Sequence record: NC_061448.1
Strand: one strand, 5' to 3'
Length of the DNA stretch: 64,000 nt
Under the pieces are notes generated by a model. That model searched no databases, was not told the origin of the DNA, and worked only from the letters and a program-made list of their open reading frames with translations. Below, piece by piece: positions 1 to 9,977 of this stretch (its first letter is position 1; every line of letters begins with the position of its first letter). The translations under genes and the position numbers were made by a program.

Positions 1-342
1 ATACTCAGGGAAAGAAGTACCGCCAGCAGAGATAGTGCCTGTCTTAGCGATAGTGCCAGTGTCGGAGATCTGCTCAGGCGCTGCGCAATACAGGTTAGTA
101 CGCTTCTCAGTGCCTTTCATCGCAAAACGCCAGCGTTGCTTGCCAGCACCTGTGCCCGCCAGCGGGTCGATAGCGTTTGTCGCTTCCAGTACGAAAGACG
201 CAAGGTCCGTCGAAGGGAGAGTAGAAGCGATAGTGCCGTTGTAGCTCACCAGAGAGAAGCCGTTGGCCATCATATCTTCGAGGATAGAACGCCACATTTT
301 CAGGTTGCTGGTGAAGCCAGATTTCACAATCAGTTTGTTCAT
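1..342 (-). CDS. Putative virion structural protein, N-terminal part (runs off window start); paralogue of 361..1347
   Basis: Not in the ORF track. Manual translation from ATG at 342 gives MNKLIVKSGFTSNLKMWRSILEDMMANGFSLVSYNG...FVLEATNAIDPLAG...QRW, open to base 1. It aligns with MITAGFSLIAVDG...FYLLASDAVDPLYQNQKW of the upstream gene. AAGGGG SD-like sequence upstream. Confidence 0.75.
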   Translation of the reverse strand, partial: MNKLIVKSGFTSNLKMWRSILEDMMANGFSLVSYNGTIASTLPSTDLASFVLEATNAIDPLAGTGAGKQRWRFAMKGTEKRTNLYCAAPEQISDTGTIAKTGTISAGGTSFPEY

Positions 343-360
343 GAGTTGTTATCCCCTTAA

Positions 361-1347
361 TTAAGCCGCGTCGCCCAGGCCGATAGGAAGCATCAGACGC
401 ATACCACGGTTGTCTTTACCGTTAGCGTTCATGCCCAGGTATTTGGTTTTGGTTGCTGCTTTCAGAGGGTTCAACTGCACTTCGGAACCGGCAGAGAGAA
501 CGTCAGCAGACGTGTAACCCAGCATGTCCAGTGTAGCGAAGTACACATAGCGCTGAGTGTTAATCATCTGCGGGAACAGAACGATAGCGCGGTTACCTTC
601 TGCAATCATAACCTGCTGGAGCGGGTTGATGATAGGAGCAGAGTCAGGCGTAGGCTGAACAGCAGACAGTGGGACCGTAGCAGAGTAGATACCCTCTTCG
701 ATCACAGTGTAGCGCTGAATAGCTTCCGGCTTGATGGTATCAGGGTCACCGGCAAGACCACCGCCGCAGGAGAAGATAGCGAACAGAGGGCTCTGATCAC
801 CTGGGTCAGTGTCAGTGGACTGAACGCCACGCTGAACAACGAACCAGCTAAATGCAGTACCGGTGTTGTCGAAACCTTCTGCGTTGATATGCAGAGCGAT
901 ACCGTGGTCGGTAGTGATGAAGTCATACGTCAGCGGGTATGCAGACATATCAGCAGTCGCGTCCATCTTCCAGTCGTTGGTCAGGTCGATGAAGAAGTTA
1001 GCGATCAGGCCAGACTTAGACATACGACCGACTTCAACGGTAGCAGAGCGTTTCGCTGCGGTGTAATCAGTAGCGTTCACCTGATTATCAGGCAGAACGT
1101 TCACAGCCAGAGTTTTGGCAGCGTTGTCAGCAGACAACATGATGCCCCACTTCTGGTTTTGATACAGCGGGTCAACCGCATCAGAAGCCAGCAGATAGAA
1201 AGTCTTGCCGGTAGGTGTTACGGTAGTTCCTGCTTTGCCGTCAACAGCAATCAGCGAGAAGCCTGCCGTAATCATTTTGCCAACGAGATCGCGGGTCAGT
1301 GCTTCCAGACCTACGAGCTTAGTGGCGTTTACACGTTGAATAGCCAT
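361..1347 (-). CDS. Putative virion structural / tail-associated protein (328 aa)
   Basis: Full ORF with phage-typical codon usage, in the tail module downstream of the sheath, with a tandem paralogue next to it. Function inferred from context. Confidence 0.6.
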   Translation of the reverse strand: MAIQRVNATKLVGLEALTRDLVGKMITAGFSLIAVDGKAGTTVTPTGKTFYLLASDAVDPLYQNQKWGIMLSADNAAKTLAVNVLPDNQVNATDYTAAKRSATVEVGRMSKSGLIANFFIDLTNDWKMDATADMSAYPLTYDFITTDHGIALHINAEGFDNTGTAFSWFVVQRGVQSTDTDPGDQSPLFAIFSCGGGLAGDPDTIKPEAIQRYTVIEEGIYSATVPLSAVQPTPDSAPIINPLQQVMIAEGNRAIVLFPQMINTQRYVYFATLDMLGYTSADVLSAGSEVQLNPLKAATKTKYLGMNANGKDNRGMRLMLPIGLGDAA

Positions 1348-1354
1348 ATGGTTA

Positions 1355-2140
1355 TCACTCCATTACCAGATAGGTTACAGTGAGTTTCGGTTTCGACGGC
1401 GATGTACCGATATTCTTCATACGCCACGAGATAGTGTTCGTATTGTCTTTGTTAGACAAGAAGGAGTATCGGCGCAGCTTACGGACGAGAGGATTGCCTT
1501 CGCTATCCACGTCAGTAAACACACCATCATCTTCGAGAAAATTAGCAGTGGAACGGAATATATACGGGTTTCTGTCGTCACGAAGTGTACTTTGATACGC
1601 AGTCAATTCTACGTCAAAGGCGTTCAGCTTAACAGAAAGCAGCATAACCGTTTTGTTCATTGCCAGATCGAAGTCGAGTTGCTGGCCAGGGGTAATGTAG
1701 TTAGCGGCTTCATACTCTACAGTCTTACGCACACCAGCGCTTTCATTACCACTCATATCAACCCAGAACATCGTACCATTCGCGCCTGACATGAGAGTCA
1801 TACCCGCATATTCAGGTTCAGGCACTTGCTTGCTAGGGTCGAGTCCAACAACTGTCAGACCTGTTTCATCCACAGCAGTGACGAACGGCGATTCGAACTT
1901 ATAGTTGGAACCACCGAACTTCGCTTCTTCCCACGTCACGTTGTCTGTACCAAGCTGATACATCTTCTTGGTCTCAGTGACGTAACACAACATCCCAGGC
2001 TTTTTATTACCTACGGACATTGTGTCACGATCATTGAGTGTAGCTAGACAGCGCATACCCCCTCGAAGATATTTGTCTTCAAGGAGGTATGGGAGTGCTG
2101 CGGATGCTGGCAACAGGAACGAGGTCATGTTAACCGGCAT
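1355..2140 (-). CDS. Putative tail-fibre-associated structural protein (start MPVNM)
   Basis: ORF track gives 1355..2185; AAGGAG SD favours ATG at 2140. The N-terminal LLEDKYLRGG...RD...GMLCYV...YQL...W module resembles those of phage fibre proteins. Confidence 0.55.
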   Translation of the reverse strand: MPVNMTSFLLPASAALPYLLEDKYLRGGMRCLATLNDRDTMSVGNKKPGMLCYVTETKKMYQLGTDNVTWEEAKFGGSNYKFESPFVTAVDETGLTVVGLDPSKQVPEPEYAGMTLMSGANGTMFWVDMSGNESAGVRKTVEYEAANYITPGQQLDFDLAMNKTVMLLSVKLNAFDVELTAYQSTLRDDRNPYIFRSTANFLEDDGVFTDVDSEGNPLVRKLRRYSFLSNKDNTNTISWRMKNIGTSPSKPKLTVTYLVME

Positions 2141-2150
2141 CTTATTCTCC

Positions 2151-5100
2151 TTACGCGATACCTGAACCTGGGTTAGAAGAACCATAGGTCAGTTTGAACG
2201 TATACGCCAGACTGTCAAACGGGAAGTCGTTACGATAGATAACGTAATCAACACCGCCGATAGTCACTTCGGCAGGACCAGCAAAGTTGAAGTCATCGAA
2301 CTCCAACGCACCATCCCATGAACCAGCAAAGCCCTGCACAGATTCGACGAAGTAGCCATAGCCCAGAGACTTCGGCCACGCAACGTAGAAGAACACGTTG
2401 TTCGAACTTGTACTGGTATTTCCCGGACAGTTCAGGAGCTGCTGACCAGTCGTAGTCAGAGCTGTTTGCAGACCCTGTACGAACTGCGCATCGTAACCGC
2501 TGGTGGACTTGATCTTAGAGTGATAGCCGAAGCGAGCACCCAAGTCAGAGGACTGTTGCGGTTTGAGCGTAACGTCTTTCGTCGCAGTAACCGTCTTACC
2601 GTTCTTAACGTAAGAGACAGTGATGGTCACTACAGCGTCAGCAGTAACAGCGTTAGACTTCAACGAGCCACCAACAACGCTCAGGCCAGTTGCAGTACCA
2701 GACTTCACAGCTACCGACCACGTTGTACCGCTATCAGCAGTCACGTCAGGCGTAGTGCCGTCAGACAGCGTAGCAGTCGCAGTATAGGCCGTAGTCACAC
2801 CACCAATGATTGACGCAGGACCCGTGATAGTCACAGAGTCAGGAGTCGCTGGTGCCGGTGTGTTCGTTACTGTCAGGTTCGCAGTCTGCGATTGACTGTT
2901 ATACGATGCAGTACCAGTGATGATTGCTGTCTGCGTCGTGCTCACAGTGTTACCGGTGATCGTGTTGTTGCCGTTGAACGTGAAGCCTGTAGTGGAACCA
3001 GAGCTACGCGTGATAACAGGCGTCAGGTCGATCGTGGTGTTGTCAGAGAACGTCAGGCGCAGAACGTAAGTACCGGTCTCACCTTTGTTCACAGCAGTAG
3101 GACCAATCAGCTCGCGCTTAGTGATCGTTGCTGCCTGATTAATCAGCGTGACAACTTTCTCAGGTGCATACGTCTGGCCGTCAACAGTTACGTTAGCAGC
3201 ACGAAGCGTAGCAGTCTGATTCTGGCTAATCGAGTTAGCAGGTACGGTCAGCTTCGCACGAGTCGAAGTAGAACCAACAGACAGCGTTGCGTATGCAGCA
3301 CCTTGAGGCAACGACCAAGTAGGCAGAGAAGCATACTCGTTAGTCGCACCAGACAGGCGAGTAACACGCACGAAGTAATCACCAGACGCGGTACCTTCTG
3401 TCACAGAGTCGTCACCGATGATTTCGACTTTGCTCACGTCGTCAGTAGGACCAACAACAGTGAACTGGACGTTACCGGTTTTCGATACTGTACCGACAGT
3501 GGCAACTACGTTCAACTGGAACGTCAGAGTGCCATAGAAACCGCTGAGTGCTTTCTTAGTACGAATGCGCCAGCCGGTCGTGCCACCAGCAACGATCTCA
3601 AAGTATTCTTGAGCCGCAGTTGACAGCGTGTAAGACAGTTCACCGCTAGTACCCTCACGAGTAGTAGAGTCAGAGAACGTCAGGGTGCTATGCAGGTCAC
3701 GCGTTACACCGGATGCAGTACCGAAGTCATACACAGGCGATGGAGCAGCCGGTTGAACGGACAGCAGAGTGATAACGATGATGTTCTTAACGAGCACAGA
3801 CTTCTGAGCATTACGCCCATCGTAAGTCGCACGAATCAGAACAGTTGTGTCCTGAGTCACTTCGCCAGCAGACAACACACCCGTTTGAGCGATGCTTGCG
3901 ATTGCGCTGCCCTGAATCACAGTCCACGTCGGTGAAGCTACCTGACGGTCAGTACCATCAGAGAGAATTTCCCACGCAGTGAATTGCGCAGTGGTGTTCT
4001 CGTTCATCGAGTCTTGACCACGAATCTCAAGCGAGGTCACAGTCGGCGGGTTGCCAACGATAGACACAGGCAGAGTTGCAGTCTTCGTGATACCGTTTTC
4101 AGTGTACGACGCGTACAGCGTTACGCTGGTGTTAGCGATAGGCACAGCACCTACAACCAACTCAGAGTTAGCAAACGTCGCGTAGTTCGATGCAGCTTGC
4201 AGACGGAACTCGTTCGGGCTGATTGTCGCAGTGTGTCCATCAGAGTAAGTTGCCAGCACGGTGTAAGGCGTAGTGGTCTTCTCTTGCACAGATGACGGAC
4301 CGACGATCTTAATGCTCGACAGGTCAACGACAGGCACAACGTTCACGATAGTGATATCGAGGGTTGCGGTCTTCGTGATACCGTTCTCCGTGTACGTTGC
4401 AGACAGCTTCACAGGAATGTCAGAAGACACTTTACCTGCGTTGACAGTCTTGTTCACGATAGTAACGATGTCCAGACGATCTGCGGTGAACGTCGCTGGG
4501 TCTACCAGCTTGGTGTGACCATCAGAGTAAGTAGCGAGGAACGTATAGTTCGCGCTTTCTTCACTGCGAATTGTGTTCGCACCCTGAATAGCGAGAGATG
4601 ACAGCGTTACCGCAACGTCTTCTTTCAGGATAGTGACAGTCTTATTGCCGCTAACAGTTTGGTCAGCAGTGATGTACGTCGCAGTCAGAACTACAGTGCG
4701 GTTCTGAGTTGTCTCTTTCTTCGCAGTCACCACGTTGCCACTGATAGTGGTGTACGTAGTAGGAGCAGCAGTGAAAGAGTTCGGCGTAATCATTTCAGTG
4801 TCGCCGTTAGACCACGTGATCTTAAACGTGTAGGCTTCACTTGCCTGAGAAGCAATGGTAGAAGAACCCAGCACTTCGAGCAGCGTGATCAACTGCGCTT
4901 TAACAGTGACGTTCTTCGTCGCGCTAAAGGTCAGGCCGTTGTACAGATAGGTCGCAGTCAGTTTGACCACGGTATCTGTAGAGACTTTCTTCGCAGTACC
5001 TTGCAGACCAACAAGCGATAACGCATTGACGTTATCAACCGTGAAGTTGGTTGGCATGATAGTTGCGACAGCACCAGACTTGTAACGAGCAGTCACGGTG

Positions 5101-6161
5101 TAGGTCTCTTTCTGCTTATAGAACAACGTGTCAGTACCAACGATAGAGATAGACACCAGCTCGTCGTCAGGAATGAATGCGTTCTTAATCAGCAGGTCGT
5201 AGGTAGCAGTTACCCAGTTACCGTAAACAGGGTCGCGCTTACGTGCAGTGACTTTCAGCACAACGTCAGCAGCGAGGTCAGGCGCAGTCACAGTACCGTC
5301 TTGCGCGATAGTCACACCGATAACGTTCTCTTCGATGGACCACTCAACACCAGTCGGGTTGTGCTCAATGCTGTTTGACCATTCAGCGTCGATGTTCAGT
5401 TTGACGCTACTGTTATCCGACATGTAGCTCGCGTTGCCCGGCAGGCTGATACGCAAGTTCATCAGGTGAGGTGATTCCCACTCGACGTTATCAGAAGTAG
5501 GCTTAACCCACTTACCGATATACTTGTTCGGGTTAGTAGGGTCCTGATCAACGATTGACAGAACATAGCCCGGCTGCGGTTCGTTAGAGCTTGCGACTTC
5601 AACGAATGCAGTGGCGTTCAGACGAATCATTGTACGCGCATAATCAGGGTGATCGTGATTCGTTGGATAACGCGCATCGCTCATACGTGGGTCAGAGCTT
5701 GACACTGCGATAGGCAGGTCAGGGTTCGCAGGTTCAGTCTTGGTAACAATGCTACCCAGACGGCTGGTGGTCGCATGAGGAATCTCAAGGTCACCTACTT
5801 CGATACCCAGGTCAGAGGCGTTCTCTACAACGCGACGGAAGAACTGTTTCTGAGCAAACAACTGCGCGTAGTCAGTCACGGTTACCCATGAGCCGCGGTG
5901 ATTGCCGTCAGATACAGCAGAGGTACGACGCAGCACATACTGATACTGAGGGCTACCAGTGTTCGCGTCAATCCAAATCAGGTTGTACGGCTTTTCAGAA
6001 AACGATGGCTCAGTCAGAGACACAACAACCTGATGCACTTCTGTTTGATCGTTCGCATTCGGACGGAACAAGAAAGTGATTGGGTTACGTGGCGTCAGAC
6101 CGCGAGTACGAGCCAGAGCGATATACTGTTTAGCAAAGCCGTCGATCGTGGTTACGCTCAT
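2151..6161 (-). CDS. Large Ig-like (BIg2-type) repeat virion protein / tail fibre (1336 aa)
   Basis: About 10 tandem ~90-aa beta-rich units (L.S+.I.G...+.E....YT..ATYSDG....ATL.V.+), Thr/Val/Ser rich. N-terminal module shared with 6158..6790 and 6801..7439; C-terminal module shared with 7474..8169. Confidence 0.8.
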   Translation of the reverse strand: MSVTTIDGFAKQYIALARTRGLTPRNPITFLFRPNANDQTEVHQVVVSLTEPSFSEKPYNLIWIDANTGSPQYQYVLRRTSAVSDGNHRGSWVTVTDYAQLFAQKQFFRRVVENASDLGIEVGDLEIPHATTSRLGSIVTKTEPANPDLPIAVSSSDPRMSDARYPTNHDHPDYARTMIRLNATAFVEVASSNEPQPGYVLSIVDQDPTNPNKYIGKWVKPTSDNVEWESPHLMNLRISLPGNASYMSDNSSVKLNIDAEWSNSIEHNPTGVEWSIEENVIGVTIAQDGTVTAPDLAADVVLKVTARKRDPVYGNWVTATYDLLIKNAFIPDDELVSISIVGTDTLFYKQKETYTVTARYKSGAVATIMPTNFTVDNVNALSLVGLQGTAKKVSTDTVVKLTATYLYNGLTFSATKNVTVKAQLITLLEVLGSSTIASQASEAYTFKITWSNGDTEMITPNSFTAAPTTYTTISGNVVTAKKETTQNRTVVLTATYITADQTVSGNKTVTILKEDVAVTLSSLAIQGANTIRSEESANYTFLATYSDGHTKLVDPATFTADRLDIVTIVNKTVNAGKVSSDIPVKLSATYTENGITKTATLDITIVNVVPVVDLSSIKIVGPSSVQEKTTTPYTVLATYSDGHTATISPNEFRLQAASNYATFANSELVVGAVPIANTSVTLYASYTENGITKTATLPVSIVGNPPTVTSLEIRGQDSMNENTTAQFTAWEILSDGTDRQVASPTWTVIQGSAIASIAQTGVLSAGEVTQDTTVLIRATYDGRNAQKSVLVKNIIVITLLSVQPAAPSPVYDFGTASGVTRDLHSTLTFSDSTTREGTSGELSYTLSTAAQEYFEIVAGGTTGWRIRTKKALSGFYGTLTFQLNVVATVGTVSKTGNVQFTVVGPTDDVSKVEIIGDDSVTEGTASGDYFVRVTRLSGATNEYASLPTWSLPQGAAYATLSVGSTSTRAKLTVPANSISQNQTATLRAANVTVDGQTYAPEKVVTLINQAATITKRELIGPTAVNKGETGTYVLRLTFSDNTTIDLTPVITRSSGSTTGFTFNGNNTITGNTVSTTQTAIITGTASYNSQSQTANLTVTNTPAPATPDSVTITGPASIIGGVTTAYTATATLSDGTTPDVTADSGTTWSVAVKSGTATGLSVVGGSLKSNAVTADAVVTITVSYVKNGKTVTATKDVTLKPQQSSDLGARFGYHSKIKSTSGYDAQFVQGLQTALTTTGQQLLNCPGNTSTSSNNVFFYVAWPKSLGYGYFVESVQGFAGSWDGALEFDDFNFAGPAEVTIGGVDYVIYRNDFPFDSLAYTFKLTYGSSNPGSGIA

Positions 6162-6790
6162 TCATTATTCTCCAGAATGTCGGTCGCAATCAGATGGCCG
6201 TAAGACGCTTTCACTGACGTGTCGGCAATGAAGGTGGAACCATTGTCACCCACGTCTGCGTCCATGTTCACTTTGTCCTGCACAGTCTTCACTTCGACCA
6301 GAGGCTTCTCGGCGTGCATTTCATCGTGAGGCAGCGGTGTACGCTTGTCAGTGTTACGCGGGTCAGATACAGACACGAACGTAGGACGACCGACAGTAGC
6401 AGGCTCAGTAGTCAGGCGAGCGATACCATACGTGTCAACAGACGCGTTAGGAATCTCGTCACCACCACTGATATCGGATGGATCGTAATACTGCGGTGCC
6501 CAGAGCGAGTTGAAGTTCTTCACTTCTTCCCACGTATTCTGGAATCCACCAGCAGGCTCTTTCGACTTACGTGCAAGGAACTTGCGATAGAACGCGCTGT
6601 TCACTTCCATGCAAAGCCATACGACGTTCATTGGCAACACAACGCCAGCAGGTTCTGCTGAGGCCACGATGAACGTACAACTGATGTTGAGTGTCGGGTT
6701 AATCTGACGAGTGATTTGGTCTTTCGACGTATCGTCCATAAACCCCGTGACAGCCAACAGAGCAGCAGCGATTTCATTCAGTGTAGTCAT
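6158..6790 (-). CDS. Putative tail structural protein, paralogue of the N-terminus of the Ig-repeat protein
   Basis: Start moved from 6865 to ATG 6790 (GGAG SD; avoids overlap with the next gene). Shared motifs EP...P.N.+W, SDPR..D.R.P..HD. Confidence 0.65.
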   Translation of the reverse strand: MTTLNEIAAALLAVTGFMDDTSKDQITRQINPTLNISCTFIVASAEPAGVVLPMNVVWLCMEVNSAFYRKFLARKSKEPAGGFQNTWEEVKNFNSLWAPQYYDPSDISGGDEIPNASVDTYGIARLTTEPATVGRPTFVSVSDPRNTDKRTPLPHDEMHAEKPLVEVKTVQDKVNMDADVGDNGSTFIADTSVKASYGHLIATDILENNE

Positions 6791-6800
6791 AACCGCTCCG

Positions 6801-7439
6801 TTAATCAGTAGGCTGGCCGAGTTCAGATTCACGTACCTTACGCCATTGCAGCGTATTGTCTTCAAGCACCATGACTTGGTTCACAGCAGGAACAAGCTGG
6901 TCTTTGATAGGCACATGCTCTTCGCCGTAGCTACCGTTGATAGAGATCATAGTAGCAGGCTTCTCAGGGTGCGTGTGATCTTTTGGATCACGATTGTTCG
7001 TCAGCGTTTCATCGCCTTCCAGAATAGCGCGTGACTCAGCTTCTGGGTAAGACAGATAACCTACACCACGAGTGATTGAAGTCGCAAGAGGTGGAAGCGC
7101 CTGATTGATGATTTGCAGATCGTTCGGGTCATACGCTTGTTCTTCCATAGCATCGTCATAGAAGTACAGCGGAGTCCAAACGTCTTTGTACGGGTCAGCC
7201 AGGTCTTTCGTTGTGCGCTTAAACGCAGTGCGGAAAGTGGCAGACTCAGGGTCGTAATCAATCCAGATCGCATTGACCGGAAGGACTACGTAACGCGGAA
7301 CTGCATACGAGCAGTAGAACAACAGACCTAACTGCGAACCATCTTTGGGCAGACGGAACATGATTGGGTTTTTGTTCTGCTGGTGGATATTCGTAAGCAA
7401 CTCAACGTTACTGATGAACTGTTCAAGTTTCAGTTCCAT
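6801..7439 (-). CDS. Putative tail structural protein, same N-terminal-module family
   Basis: NPIMFRLP, LPVNAIWID, LATSITRG, RDPKDHTHPE match the Ig-repeat protein N-terminus. Confidence 0.65.
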   Translation of the reverse strand: MELKLEQFISNVELLTNIHQQNKNPIMFRLPKDGSQLGLLFYCSYAVPRYVVLPVNAIWIDYDPESATFRTAFKRTTKDLADPYKDVWTPLYFYDDAMEEQAYDPNDLQIINQALPPLATSITRGVGYLSYPEAESRAILEGDETLTNNRDPKDHTHPEKPATMISINGSYGEEHVPIKDQLVPAVNQVMVLEDNTLQWRKVRESELGQPTD

Positions 7440-7473
7440 TGTGTTCTCCGTTTACCAGAAGCGGTGATTAAAA

Positions 7474-8169
7474 TTATACAGGGTCGCCTGACTTAGGACT
7501 GGTCGAGCCGTATTTAATACGGAACACGTAGTCGAGACTATCGAACGGGAAGTCATTGCGATAGACAACATAATCAAAGCCACCGAGACTAACTTCCGCT
7601 GCACCTTCAAAGTTGAAGTCGTTAAACTCCATAGCGCCGTCCCATGAGCCGGAGAACCCTTGTACTGTCTCTTGGAAATATCCATAGAGTAAGCGCTTAG
7701 GCCACGCGACGTAGAAGAAGCGGTTGTTGTCAGAAGTAGATTCGTTCGGAGGGCAAGTGATTAGCTGAGGACTCGACTCACCGAGAACAGTAGTCAGAGA
7801 ACGGAAGAAGGTGTCGTTGTAGTCTTGAATCGACAACACTTTATCGTGTATGCCGAAACGAGGACCGTACTCACCGCTGAATGGCACAGACACACGTACC
7901 TTGTTCGACGTTGCGTTGAGCGTTGTGCTGACGTTATACGCCTTAGCAACAATGTCGTGCTCGCCTGTATCGAAAGGCAGAGTGAAGTCGAAGTACGCGC
8001 TGGTGCCAGTAGTCGGCATATCAAGTTTCTTGAGCACCGTACCCGCTGCATTCTCAATCTGGAGTGTGCCCCGCAAAGGCGGGTTATCCATTGCGACTAA
8101 GAAGCGCAGTTGTTTATTACGCAGCGAGAAGCAGTATTCCAAGTTACCTTGAATGGTCAAAGTAAGCAT
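7474..8169 (-). CDS. Putative tail structural protein sharing its C-terminal domain with the Ig-repeat protein
   Basis: FFYVAWPK..YGYF.E.VQGF.GSWDGA.EF.DFNF.G.AEV..GG.DYV+YRNDFPFDSL is nearly identical to the last ~130 aa of 2151..6161. Confidence 0.75.
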   Translation of the reverse strand: MLTLTIQGNLEYCFSLRNKQLRFLVAMDNPPLRGTLQIENAAGTVLKKLDMPTTGTSAYFDFTLPFDTGEHDIVAKAYNVSTTLNATSNKVRVSVPFSGEYGPRFGIHDKVLSIQDYNDTFFRSLTTVLGESSPQLITCPPNESTSDNNRFFYVAWPKRLLYGYFQETVQGFSGSWDGAMEFNDFNFEGAAEVSLGGFDYVVYRNDFPFDSLDYVFRIKYGSTSPKSGDPV

Positions 8170-8184
8170 AGAACCTCACAATAC

Positions 8185-8211
8185 AAAAAGAGGAGGACCG
8201 AAGCCCTCCTC
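8185..8211 (-). terminator. Rho-independent terminator after tail sheath gene
   Basis: Minus strand GAGGAGGGC-TTCG-GTCCTCCTC followed by TTTTT. Confidence 0.75.
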
Positions 8212-8216
8212 ATTGA

Positions 8217-9893
8217 TTACTGACTCAGAGTTGTGGAGGTACTGCCTGTCGGGTTGATGTTGAAACGATAGATCAGACGCTTCGTAGTACGCGTCGGGTC
8301 CAACACGATGTCCAGAATCAGGTCGCCGTTAGCGATAGTCTGGTTGGTGTTGTTATTCTCGTCACACACAACAACGTAGCCCTGAGAGCCGGAGCTACCA
8401 CTACGCAGACCACGAGCCAATTTGATTTCTTCGAGGAACTTCTCGACGATACCTTTCAGATAAGCACGAAGGATGTTATCGTTCGGGTCAAACAGGCCAA
8501 CGCGGCAAGTGCGCTGACAGACTTCAAGCACGTAGCCTACCATACGCTGAATCTGAATCTGCTGGAAAGCAGAGTTCTGGTTGTACTGAGTGCTCGCTTC
8601 CCACACAGCGTAACCACCACCCATAATAGCAGGCAGTTTACGAATGTAGTTCACTTGCTCACGCGTCATCGCATCGCGGTCATCCTGATCGTACTTCTGA
8701 GCGATTTCCAGAATGTCGAGAGGCGCAGATGCAGTGATACCAGCAGGTGCGAACCAGCTACCACGGTTGTTATCCGTGTACGCAAACACAGCACAAATCT
8801 GACCAACACACGCAGTCCACAGATAGCGGCCAGTGTCTTCGTCGAAGATTTTGATATCAGGCGTATACAGAGCCATGTTAGTGTCGTTGACGTTCAACGT
8901 CTGACGGCGATAACGAATCGCTTTCGACACAGACTGCTCTGCGGATGGAATGCCACAGATAACGAAACAGTTAACGTGCGCAGCAGCAGCGGCTTTCATG
9001 CCACGGTGAATGATGTAATCCTGAGTAGGACTAATCAGCAGCGTCACGCGAACTTCTTCCGGATCACCGAAGTATTCCTGATATGCTTTCGCAAAGTCAT
9101 CAGAAGTACAGGTATCACCGTCAGCACCACCTTGGAAGAAGATGAAGTCAGTGCTAAAGAAGTCGATATCGGTTGTGAAGTACGGGTTGCGAATGAAGCG
9201 GAAGTTAGAGCTTTCGTTTTCCATCGCATGATCGATACGATACTGGCGGTCGAACTCATCCGCATAATCGTACAGGCTGCACTGGTAAGAGTTTACCGGG
9301 GCGCTACCGTTCTGATAGTTCTCGTACTCGTCGATATAAAACAGCTTCGTGTTATACGACTTACGGTCGTCAAACGGGTCGAGACCCTTCGGACAGGCCG
9401 GACGAATCTGCAACGCCATCTGGTTGTTCCAGTCGCCTGGGTTTTCCAGAATAACGTAACCGATGATGTTATCGTTCAACGGGTCAGTAGGCAAGAAGCC
9501 CAGCTGATCAGGAGAATCCACACCGACGATGTTACCGTCTTCATCAGTGTAAGGGGTGATGCGAACTACTGGTTGAACAGCAGACGCGTCATCGACAGTA
9601 ACCACACCGACCGCGTATTTTGCGTTCTTAGTGATACGGACGAATTTAAGCTGGTTAGTCTGCTTCGCAACAGGCAGCGCGAGATACAGGCCAAGGCCAT
9701 ACTTGGGATCTTTTGCACCGAAGATGTTTTTCAGATCATCTTTATTACGCACATCAACACGCTGGTTTACAGGACCACGACGAGCCTGACCAACAATGCC
9801 TACTACTGCCGTAGATAAAGACGTTGCACCAACGGAGAGATCCCGTACACCAGTATAAACACCAGCAGAGGAATGCGTTGAGTTAACGGGCAT
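8217..9893 (-). CDS. Contractile tail sheath protein
   Basis: AAGGAG SD and ATG at 9893. N-terminal SAGVYTGVRDLS...VGIVGQARRGPVN, middle WFAPAG, C-terminal IQIQRM...LFDPND...VVCDENNNT...NGDLILDI...P all match sheath_1/sheath_C patterns. Confidence 0.9.
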   Translation of the reverse strand: MPVNSTHSSAGVYTGVRDLSVGATSLSTAVVGIVGQARRGPVNQRVDVRNKDDLKNIFGAKDPKYGLGLYLALPVAKQTNQLKFVRITKNAKYAVGVVTVDDASAVQPVVRITPYTDEDGNIVGVDSPDQLGFLPTDPLNDNIIGYVILENPGDWNNQMALQIRPACPKGLDPFDDRKSYNTKLFYIDEYENYQNGSAPVNSYQCSLYDYADEFDRQYRIDHAMENESSNFRFIRNPYFTTDIDFFSTDFIFFQGGADGDTCTSDDFAKAYQEYFGDPEEVRVTLLISPTQDYIIHRGMKAAAAAHVNCFVICGIPSAEQSVSKAIRYRRQTLNVNDTNMALYTPDIKIFDEDTGRYLWTACVGQICAVFAYTDNNRGSWFAPAGITASAPLDILEIAQKYDQDDRDAMTREQVNYIRKLPAIMGGGYAVWEASTQYNQNSAFQQIQIQRMVGYVLEVCQRTCRVGLFDPNDNILRAYLKGIVEKFLEEIKLARGLRSGSSGSQGYVVVCDENNNTNQTIANGDLILDIVLDPTRTTKRLIYRFNINPTGSTSTTLSQ

Positions 9894-9947
9894 GATTTGT
9901 CTCCTTATATGACTGTCTGAAATTATCGTATAAGCGACAAGAAATGC

Positions 9948-9977
9948 AAAAGGGGCAGCCGAAGCCACCCCTTTGTT
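9948..9977 (-). terminator. Repeated UUCG-loop terminator, copy 1 (core GGGTGGCTTCGGCTGCCC)
   Basis: Hairpin followed by a T-tract just after the DHH gene stop. Same core at 22040, 36602 and 54151. Confidence 0.8.

Noticed and set aside
8655-9818. 387-aa plus-strand ORF antisense to the sheath gene
   Set aside because: Shadow ORF caused by the codon bias of the minus-strand gene; no SD, no motifs, unnatural composition.
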